From positions 296,732,001-296,796,000 of the forward strand of contig OZ024743.1 of the NCBI GenBank assembly GCA_964016885.1: 64,000 bases of DNA, given 5' to 3'. Source of the DNA: Eledone cirrhosa. Taxonomy: Eukaryota. Below are positions 50,370 to 61,049 of this stretch, piece by piece (within the stretch, counting starts at the first letter, position 1; the number at the start of each line of letters is the position of its first letter). Made by a program: the position numbers and the translations under genes. The notes under the pieces were generated by a model that searched no databases, was not told the DNA's origin, and saw only the letters and a program-made list of their open reading frames with translations.

Positions 50370-52555
50370 ATCTATGGATGAGGTGAACACACCAGCCAAA
50401 TAGATTTTATCATTACCAGAAGATGAGCTAGAGTGATGGTTGTAAACACAAAGTCCGTCCTTAGAGAAAAATGTACCTCCCAACATAACTTAGTAGTGAA
50501 TTTATAGCTAGGACTAGACAAACTTGAAGATGGAGAACTACTTGGAGGAAAAAGATATGGAAATTAAATCAGCCCTCAGCCTGTAACAAATTTAGGATTG
50601 TTTTGCTTGATGCTTTTCATAGTAAAAAAAAAGAAATAAAAACTTGCAATTTAGAGGAGCAGTGGGAGTTCCTGAGAGATAATCTGCTGAAGGTCACAAA
50701 TGAGATTTATGGCTGGAGCAGGGCTCCAGGGAGGAGAGTGACTTGGTGGGGGAATAGTAGTGTGGATGAGACAATGTCAAGAGGTATGCATGGAAAGAAT
50801 TACAGAATGGAGGAAGCACCAAGAAGCTAGGCGACAAGTATACTTTGCAAGGAGGGAAGCAAAAAAAAAAAAGATAAGCATGTTTTGAGATGTGAGGATC
50901 AAAGACATAAGGTGTGTCAGGGAAAATTGTAATGTTGTTGGGGAAAAGTATGTCCAAGATGATAATGGTGCACTTTCTCTCACTGATACTTAAAAGAAAG
51001 AAGCATGAAAGTACCATTATGAAAGACTACTGAATGATGAGAATGCATGGGAGGAAGATAGGCTGCCCCATGTGGACCCAACAAAGGGACCAACCCTACA
51101 ACTCAGCAGCAGCATAGTAAGTAAAGCATTTAAGGATATCAGGACAGGCAAAGCAGCTGGTCATCAGGGTTAATTGCTGAGATACTGAAAGTATCTGGGA
51201 TGGTGGGTCACACCATAACTAACAGTATCTTAAACCAAGTAATACAGAATGGTATCATACCCAATGACTGGCGTACATCATTGTCATCTGCTACAAGGGC
51301 AAAGGTGATGCCTTAGACAGGGAACTATAGAGGCATCAAGTTGATGAACCAGGTCATGAAGGTCACAGAAAGAGTTATCACACGGCTGATTAAGGACTAA
51401 ATTAATCTTGATGAAATGCAGTTTGGATTTGTGCCAGGTAAAAGTACCACTGGGGCCCTCATGGGGCAACTGCAGGAGAGATACATAGCTAAAAATAAAC
51501 CTACCTACTTGGGATTTATTGATCTGGAGAGAGCATTTGAAAGAGTCCTACATTCCATAATCTGGCAAGCTCTTAGAAAACTATGGGTAGATGAGTGTCT
51601 TGTGAGCAATGTATAGATGAGAAGTCAGGAAGGTTAAAATGATTATAGTGAGGAATTTATCATGCAAGTAAGGGTTTATCAGGGCTCTGTTCTTAGCCCT
51701 CTCATGTTTATTATCACCCTACAGGCTATAACAGAAGAGTTTAAGACTGGCTGACCATAGGAATTCCTATATGCTGATGATCTAACTCTCATAGCCTAAT
51801 CTATGGCAGAATTAGAGAAGAAATTTCAGACCTGGAAATATAGCTTGGAAGCAAAAGGTCTTAAATTCAATTTGGCAAAGCCTAGAGTCCCAGAAGTAGA
51901 AAAGAAAACTGGGTTTTGGTCCCTTCAGAGAAATGGCCTTGTTTAGTATGCAGGAAAGGAGTGGGTAGAAATTCCATACTCTGTCCTAAATGCACACTAT
52001 GGGTACAGAACAGATGTAGTGGGAGCTCAGGTATGTTAGCTAAGAACGTAGGTTTACATGTGGCTTTTGCACAGGAGCTATAAGTAACAATCGCTCACAG
52101 GAAACAAGTGCTATCAAATTCTTGGAACACTCCGTAGAAGTAGTTGACAGCTTCTGTTACCTGGGTGACCAAATTAGCAGTGGAGATGGATGTTCTGAAA
52201 GTACAATAGCCAGAGTGAGAAAGGTATGAAAAAAGTTCTAATAGCTACTATAGCTGCTAACTACAAAAGCTTTTCCCTCAAAATGAAAGGCAGATTGTAG
52301 GATGGTTGTGTACGAACAGCATGACAAAAAGTGCCCAGTCCACCCTGTATGATGGTCGTTTTGATGTCACATGAAAAAGCACTCAGTCTACACTGTATCA
52401 TGGTTGGTATTAGAAAGGGTATCCAGTCATAGAAACCAAGCCAAAATACTGATCCCTATGAGCAAAACTTGGTCTCCTCATCTGACTTGTCTCATAATGA
52501 CCTGACTTGTCTCATCATGCAAGCATAGAAAAGTCAACGTTAATCAATGATGACA
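50370..52555 (+). mobile_element. old RTE LINE, 5'-truncated, with decayed RT
   Basis: QFGFVPGKSTT, GFIDLERAFERV, QGSVLSPL, LYADDL remnants; many stops; 3' tail. Confidence 0.88.
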
Positions 52556-52566
52556 ATTATATATAT

Positions 52567-55143
52567 ATCATCATCATCATCATCTTCATTTAACGTCCAT
52601 TTTCCACGCTAGCATGGGTTAGACGGGAGTTGTCCCACTTGAGGCAAGGTTGGTCGGGTGACCGTGTCTCGCTCATATAGGACTATCTGACAGGTTTTCT
52701 ACGTCTGGATGCCCTTCCTAACACCAACCACATTTACAGTGTAGAACTGGGAACTTTTTACTGTGTTACTTACACGGCCACATTACAGCGTGGACTGTGT
52801 GTGTTTTTTGTCGTGACACCTACACAATCTCGATCTCATTATCTCGTGCTGTTGGTGGGAGTGGGAGGATAGGGTAGGGGTAATGGATTGGGGTGTATAT
52901 TTGGTTAAGAGGTGCCTACTGACTGTAGGTTTCGCTTTGTACATAGGCAAGGCGGGACTTCTGTATTACTGCGTAGCGCCAAAGATCTCAGTCCAGAGAC
53001 ATTGTCTTAGAGAGATGTAAGTGTGTAAGGTCGGAATTTATCAGATCATCCCAGGTTTTTCTGTACTACCATCAATTTTGATCGCCCTGCACTTTTTTAT
53101 GCAGCTGTCGTCTTTCATGCGCATCACGTGACCATACCAACATAGTCTTCTCTCAAGTAAACAGCATCTGATCCCTCTTATTCCTAATTTCTCACTTAGT
53201 TCATTTATGCTTTGCCGTTCACGTATATTACTATTACACGTCCAACGGAGCATGCATGCTTTGTTCCTTTCCAGTCTACACAGGTCCTCTGCACGTAATG
53301 CCCATGTCTCACTGCCATGAAGTATTGCTGTTCGTATACAGGCATCATACAATCTGCCTTTCATTTTTAGAGAGAAACCTTTTGTGGACAACAGCGGTAT
53401 AAGCTCTCTGAACTTTTTCCATCCCGTTCTGACTCTGGCTACTGTACTTTCAGAACACCCTCCACCACTGCTGATTTCGTCACCCAGGTAACGGAAAGTG
53501 TCTACTATTTCTATAGAACCATCTGGGCAATAGAAGGAGCTAGTATCCTGTGGACACTTGCTACTTATTGCACCTGAGCATTGGCCGCATATAAAGTCTA
53601 CGTTCTTAGATAGTTTACCTGTGATCCCACTACATCTTTTATGTACCCATACTTTGCATTTGGGACATAAAATGGAATTTCCGCCTACTCCTTTCCTACA
53701 CACTGAGCATGGCCATTTCCTTTCTACAAACTAGAACTTTAGTCTTAGACAAGTTAACTTTAAGGCCTTTTGATTCTAGGCCATGCTTCCATGTTTCGAT
53801 TGGTCCTTCTATTGGATCGATTTGGGGCAGACTATCTTTTTCCCACTTATTCTCCTCATTTAATAGTCTCTCGTAGTGACACCTCCAGGCTATCTTCTTA
53901 TCAGTATCAGTGAACGCAAGTACACCATTATCATTACGGACACACTTCTCCCCAACAATATCACGGTTTTCCTTGACACCTTGTCTAGCAATCCTGAACA
54001 CCTCACGTTTTAGAACATGCTTGAACTTTCTATCCTCTGCTACCCTTTTTGCAAGGTACACTTGTCTCCTAGCTTCTCTCCTGGTAACTTGATAGTGCTC
54101 TCTACTTCCCCCATCCTGCCATACTTTCCAAGCCTGCTTTTTTGGCCTTGATTGTCTCTTCCACCTTACTGTTCCACCACCAAGTTACTCTCCTCCTGCC
54201 AATAGGTCTGCTCCAGCCACAGATTTCATCTGTTGCTTTCAGCAGGTTCACTTTCCAGAATTGGCACTGTTCCTCTATATGGCACGTCTCTAATTGCTCT
54301 TCCTTATTGTCAAAGGCATCAAGTAATAAGCTTTTAAATTTGTCACTGACTATGGGGTCCTTCAACTTCCATATTCTTCTCCTCAAGGTAGGCCTCCTCT
54401 GTTGTCGAGTACGTCTATTCCTGACTATGAGGTCACTAACTACTAGGCTGTGTTGGGAGGTGCATTCTTCACTGGGGAGGGATTTAGTGTTTACAACAAA
54501 CATTTTGTCCCGTCTTCTAGTAAGGATATAATCTATCTGGCTGGCATGTTCCCCTGATCTATAGGTGATCAAATGGTTTTCACGTTTTTTTAAGTTTGTG
54601 TTACAGATAGTTAGGCTATTTGCGTCACAGAATTCCATGATTCTGAAGCCCTCCTCATTTCTATTTCTAACCCCATATCCTCCATGGATTCCATCATAGC
54701 CATCACTATGTTGTCCAATGTGACCGTTTAGATCGCCAGCAATAATTAAGTAGTCACTGTCGGTTATTTGGGAGGTAGTGTGCATTAGCATCTCATAGAA
54801 CCTGTCCTTTATAACATCAGGTAGACCAGATTGAGGTGCATAAGCAGATATTATTGTCACAGTAGTTCTATTTAGAACTAGTCTTAATTCAATTATTCTG
54901 TCATTCACTCTAATTGCATCAATTACCTTATCTACCCATTTTTCAGCTAACATAATTCCTACACCACCCTGTCCGTTGTCATTTCCCACCCAGAAAAGTT
55001 TATAGCATCGTTCTTTACCCACAATCAATCTGGCAGACGCCCCTCTCCACCTAGTCTCTTGAATACAACAAACATCAACTTCTTTACGTTCAAGCATCTC
55101 TACAACCTCATTTGAGCGACCTTTCAATGTGCCTACGTTCATG
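52567..55143 (-). mobile_element. RTE LINE with open endonuclease region, deleted RT core, PHD-like finger and full 3' tail
   Basis: ORF 54102-55142 (NVGTL, CIQETR, SAYAPQ, GDLNGH, QIDYIL); ORFs 53696-54061 and 53041-53703; (ATG)n tail. Confidence 0.92.
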
Positions 55144-55777
55144 GTATATATATATATATATCATCATCATCATCGTTTAATGTCCATCTTCCACGATAGC
55201 ATGGGTTGAACAAACAAAACACAGGAGGTAATTTCACACTTGGTGGGAATGGAGGATGTATATGTGTGTGTGTGTGTGTGTATTATATTTATAGGAAAAA
55301 TATTTTATATATATATATTATTCAGTTGATGAAAGTTGGTTGATAATATAATCTGCCATCTTTTTTGCAAACAGATGTAAAGCACTCTACGATTTGTATT
55401 TCTTAGGATTTTCTCGGTAAGGTATCAACCGGAGTTTCAATATAATGAATTAGAGAGGCGGTTTTATTCATTATATATATATATATATATACGGGGTAAC
55501 AGATTATTGTTATAAGTAGTCCACTGAGGTGTAGTCCAGTTAGGGTACTCCGAGTAGTGGATGATGTCAACGCTTGGCTAATTTGACTCAACAAGGCGTT
55601 TCCATAGTGATACTGCGAACGCGGTGATTTCTATGTTGTTAACACTTGGAGTAATGATAAATCAGGAAAGAAGGGTGACACGGTTTGCTATACAAAAAAG
55701 GTTTTTAATCTTCTTTCCTGATTTATATATATACATATGTATATATATATATATACACACACACACAAACACATATA

Positions 55778-56025
55778 CAGTGGAACCTCAGTTCCTGTCC
55801 AATTTTTTCGATCATAAAATGTCTTTTGTGATGAACGGTGTCTTGAGTAATGAACACGCAAGCCGTCAACGTCAAGCATGGAATATTGGTTGGAAAGCAT
55901 CACTTGCTATGTAGTAAGTTACTATGGTGATATCTATCTGTCTTTCATACACACTCACTCTCTCTCTCTCAACATTTCATATGGGAAAAATAGTTTCGGT
56001 TTACAAATATTTCGGTTTACAAATA
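55778..56025 (+). mobile_element. Tigger/pogo-like DNA transposon left-end fragment
   Basis: TA|CAGTGGAACCTC terminus and repeated ttcggtttacaaa subterminal motifs. Confidence 0.45.
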
Positions 56026-56395
56026 TTTTCAAATACCACTTTGGGAGAAGAATCAGGATGGAGAGAGAGGTGCTGTACCCCAGCAAGTTTTATGAAAGGT
56101 GGGTGAAAGTGGCGAGAATGGCCCGAGTGAATGAGCCTTCTCTCTATATCAGCCTGTAGGTTGAGGAAAAAGAGGAAGAGAGGAGGAGGGTACAAACTCT
56201 TCGTACTCCTGGAGATGAGGGTTGCACATTTTTTCGGGAGTATGTGTTACCCATATGAAATGTCTCCTCCTATTGGGGAAAATCGATTAACTTTTAAATT
56301 GTATTTGTGATAATATTTTACACGTTTTTATTGTATGTAAACTTCCCCCTTTGTATTTGTCCCCTTCCTTTGTGCCCCCGTGGCTAATAAAGAAA
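56025..56395 (+). mobile_element. Tx1/L1-like LINE 3' fragment
   Basis: FKYHFGRRIRMEREVLYPSKFYERWVKVARMARVN matches the C-terminus of ORF 59849-60811; same gtggctaataaa end. Confidence 0.8.
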
Positions 56396-56415
56396 CATAT
56401 CTATAAATAAAGATA

Positions 56416-56454
<39 letters not shown>

Positions 56455-56539
56455 TGCCCCCTCGTTATCGAGTATGGCCATTGCACGAGAAAAAAAAAAA
56501 TATATATATACATACATATATATATATATATATACATAT

Positions 56540-56636
56540 ACATACACATATTAATACATACACATATTAATACATACACATATCAATACATACACATATT
56601 AATACATACACATACTAATACGTACACATATTAATA
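56540..56636. repeat. 16-bp tandem repeat tacacatattaataca, about 6 copies
   Basis: read directly. Confidence 0.85.
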
Positions 56637-56690
56637 ACAATAATAATAACAACAATAATAACAACAACAACAACAACAATAATAATATAC

Positions 56691-56725
<35 letters not shown>

Positions 56726-56804
56726 TAAACATATCTATACACACACACACGATAGCAACTAACAGCGCTGCGATCGAATGTGGCTTTTTAGCCCAGCCAA
56801 TGAT

Positions 56805-59430
56805 CTAAAATGTCTTGCATACGTCTCGCCGACCCCAGAGTCGCCTTTCTAGCTTTCCGAAAGCATCACTTGCTTTCCTAATCCTAAGTGAGATTTCACT
56901 ATCAAGGTTGCTGTATCGATTGACAGTGCTTCCCAGGTAGACAAACTGATCAACCACTCCAAGTCGTTTACCATACACATAGATATTTGGTTCACTGTAC
57001 TGCTTACCAGGGGCAGGTTGGTACATGACGACGATTTTCTTGAGACTGACAGTCAATCCTAGGGCAGTGCAAGCGTCAGAAAATGCATTCAAAATGTGCT
57101 GCATATCACTCTCTGTGTGCGCTACAAGATCGCAATCATCTGCATACAAGACGTCTCTTATGATTGATGTAAATACTTTTGTCTTTGCAGCAAAGCGCCT
57201 GATGTTAAATATGCTGCCTGAGGTTCGATATCGGATGTAAACACCATGCTTGCAATTCCTGAATGCAATACAGAAAACCATTGCAAAGTATATGGCAAAC
57301 AGGGTCGGTGCTGGAATATCCTCCTGTTTCACTCCATTTTTTACTGAGATAGGCTCCGACATGTTACCTCCGACATTAACCCAAGCCTTCATGTCGTCAT
57401 GGAAAGACCTAACTAAAGCAAGGAACTTATCAGGGCAACCAAGTTTCTGGAGAACCTTCCATAATGCATTTCTGTTAACAGTATCGAAAGCTTTTGTCAG
57501 ATCGACAAAAACCTGATACAGATCCAAACTTTGTTCCATGCCCTTTTGGAGCTGTCTAGCTGAGAAGATCATATCAGTAGTGTCGCGTCCAGCATGAAAA
57601 CCAGATTGACTTCAGGAAGAACACAATCTGCAATGTGTGTCAGCAGACGGTCCAGAAGCACCCTACATAAAACTTTCCCTATGACAGAAAGCAATGATAT
57701 ACCTCTGTAGTTCCCACAATCATTCCTGTTACCCTTTCCCTTGTACAAGACCACCATTACTGCATCTCTCCAGTCCTCAGGTACGGATTCATTAGCCCAT
57801 ATCCTGCCAAACAAAGAGTGAAGATGTTGCAGGAGTCTCTCACCACCATATTGTAGGAGCTCAGCATGTATGCCATCCATACCTGGAGACCTTCCACTGT
57901 TCAGCTTCGAGATAGCCATTGCAACCTCCACAAGCATCGGAGGTTCTGCGAGAGCTACTTTCACAGGACTTTCTGGAATGAGATTGAGGAAATCTTCATT
58001 GACGACAGACGGCTGATTCAAAAGATCATCAAAGTGCTCTCGTCACCTTCGTAGAATTCCTTGTGAGTCACGAAGAAGTTCTTTGCCATCCTTGCTGCGA
58101 AGCGGTGTCACCACAGAAGAAGACGGTCCATAAACTTCACGCAAGAGACTGTACAACAGCTTTGTGTTTTTGGAATCTGACGCAGTTTGTATCTCAGCCT
58201 TCTCACTCCACCACTGATCCTTCATCTGAGAAAGACTCCGCCTAACACGTGATTTTACATCCTTGAGTTCCTCATGCAACGTATTCCTCTCCTGTGGTTT
58301 TGCCGTCAAGTAGCGTGACAGAGCACACCTCTTATCAGCCAACAAGTCTTCTATATGTACATCATTCTCATTAAACCAGTCGTGATGTTTTCTCTGCACC
58401 AATCCCAGAACACGCCTGCCTACATCATAAACCGCCTTTTTAAGGGTCGGCCAATCCTCACCAAGATCTGCAACCTGCATCTCTTCTTGCAATGTCCTCT
58501 TTACATTTTTATCCTTAAGACGAGCAGCATTCAATCTTTTGGGCAGGGCAACACCAGGAGCCCGGATTTTACATTTAGTGATTAGTTTCACTTTTGCGTG
58601 TACCAGGCGGTGGTCCATCCAGCACTCAGCTCCACGAAGAGCACGAACACACTGCACATCCTGTTTGTCACGCATCCTGACTAGGACGTAGTCCCAAAAA
58701 TGCCATTCCTTAGATGCAGGATGCATCCATGTGGTTTTGAATTTGTTCTTTTGTTGGAACATGGTGTTGGTAACATACAGATCCAGCTCCTCACACATCT
58801 GCAGCAGGAGCATACCATTGTTGTTACACTTTCCCACCCCATGCCTTCCGATTACATTCCATGTGTCAAAATCCCTACCCATTCTAGCATTAAAGTCACC
58901 AAGCACGATGACTTTGTCTGCCTGAGGGATATTTCTTAAAACACCTTTCAAGGCATAGTAAAAGGACACTTTTTCTTCATCGACAGAATTCATAGTTGGA
59001 GCATACACACTCACCAGGGTCGCATATCTTCCTTTGTCCAGCGGAATTCTCATGGACATAAGACGCTCACTAATCCCTACTGGGAATTCTTCTAATTCAT
59101 TCACAAGAACAGTCTTAACAGCAAATGCTACCCCAGCCTCTCTTCTGGTTCCTTCATCTCTTCCTTTCCAGAAGAATGTATATTCTCCACAAAATTCTGT
59201 AAGATGACCATCTCCAGCTAACCTCGTCTCAGATAAATCCACGATGTCAAGATCGTAACGTCGAAGCTCCTTTGCAACAAGAGCGGTCCTTCATTCAGGA
59301 CGCTCCAAGGAATCCATGTCAAGCAGTGTCCGTACGTTCCAGCAGCCAAGACTAAATGCCTTGTTTGGCTCTATTACAATGGCACGATAATGAGCGGGCC
59401 CAGGCTGTGATAACCTGGGGCCCCTGCCCT
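56805..59430 (-). mobile_element. RTE-clade (BovB-like) LINE, EN+RT with few lesions, 3' end missing
   Basis: WNVRTL, LSETRL, SVYAPT, LGDFNA, SPGMDG, NYRGISLLS, FVDLTKAFDTV, LYADD; one stop and three frame breaks. Confidence 0.92.
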
Positions 59431-59569
59431 TATTGCCAATTATCTTTTTTGTTCCAGAACCTAAATTGCCAATTATCTCTTTTATATTGTTCTGGAACAT
59501 AATTGAAATGGAAAAAAAAAAAGAAAAAAAAGTAATAATAATAGTAACAATAATAATAATAATAATAAT

Positions 59570-60809
59570 GATTTCATTTATTAGCCACAAGGGCCGACAT
59601 GTAGGGGACAATACAAAGACAGGGACAGTGGGGGTTTACAATAAGGTCGAGTAAAAGTGCACAATGGCAAGACTAATTTAACAATGAAAATATAAAAATA
59701 TAAAATAAACTATGCATAAATATAACAAAATAAATTCCCCGATAGGGGGTGGACGACCCTGGGGTGATTCGGGTACTCCATCAATTCTGAACCACCCTGC
59801 GCTTCTAGGGCACCCAAGGAGAGCACCCCTCTCCTCAAGTTAGCCAGCCTATAGGCGCATGGTCAGAGTAGGCCCATTCACACGAGCCATTCTCGCCACA
59901 TTCACCCACCTTTTAGCAAATGTACTGGGGGGCAGCACTTCTCTCTCCACCCTCACCCTCCTTTCCAGGTGAAACTTGAAGAAGTTGATGAGGGATTGGC
60001 CGAAGAGAAAAGTGTCTGTCTTTAGTCCTTTCAACCTGGTCCACCATATAATCTCTTTCGCAACTGCCACCAGACAGAGGAAAATGTCCTGCTCTTCCTG
60101 ACCTAAGGAAGGTGACGGCTCGATCCTCACTATAGACTCGGCCGATAGCCGGATTCGTTCCACACGCGACAGTAGCTGTTCGACATAACTCCACAAGTCA
60201 GTAATGCACGGACATTGGACAAGTGCGTGCAGAACGGTTTCGTCATTCTGTGCGCATCTTGGGCAGGTCCGTCTGACAGCACTTCCGTGCCTGTAGAGTT
60301 TATCCCGAACCGGCAGTGCCCCCCGGTAGCACTGCCAAGAGAGGGATTTCTGGAAATTGTCCATCGTCCCCGGCTCAAAAGTCCTCCGGTACAGACTAGT
60401 CAGTTCAACTTCGTCGAGGCCCAAAGCTTCTCCGAGTGCATCATCGCACTTGCCCACCACTAATCCTCTATAGAACTCGAGAGTGTAAGTTCCACTGATC
60501 ACATTGCCCGCTTGGTAGAGAGCAGTGAGTGCCTGGCAACAATCCAGGTGCCAGTCACCCAGTCTCGGTCTCTTCTTGACCCAGGACTGCAGCTCAGTCA
60601 AAGAAATGAGCTGCGGAAAGGCCCGTCTGATAAACGGCGACCACACCTGTTCACCATTGAGGCAGAATATCTGGAGATGTCGCAGCCTCAACGCATGTCT
60701 GCGCATCATTAGCCACGGCATGCCCAGCCCTCCGCGTAGAGGGTGCTGGCAGCAGATGGACCGCCTCACCAATGGAACTTGTCCCCTCCACAAGAATTTG
60801 AAGAGGAGC

Positions 60810-60810
<1 letters not shown>
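59570..60810 (-). mobile_element. 5'-truncated Tx1/L1-clade LINE
   Basis: 320-aa open frame FLWRG...GGLG...CPRCAQNDETVLHALVQC (CCHC, zf-RVT-like); 3' end aataaatgaaat followed by (ATT)n. Confidence 0.88.
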
Positions 60811-60844
<34 letters not shown>

Positions 60845-61049
60845 ACAAAATCAAAAATCGAAATCAAAACAGCACAGCAGCAGCGAAAAACGTAAAGAAA
60901 AGAAAAAAGAAAAGAAAAACAAACAGACAGAGACAAGCAAAAAAACTAAGTCAGACATTCAAACATTACATTACAATGAAACTTATGCTTATTTTTGGGG
61001 GTTTTTACCTATTTGTTTGTTTGCTTATTTATGTTTGTCTACACCGTGA

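Noticed and set aside
59395-59430. HDV-like ribozyme at the RTE 5' end
   Set aside because: Only a GC hairpin (gggccccagg/cctgggccc) is visible; no P1.1/P3 pseudoknot or catalytic C could be placed
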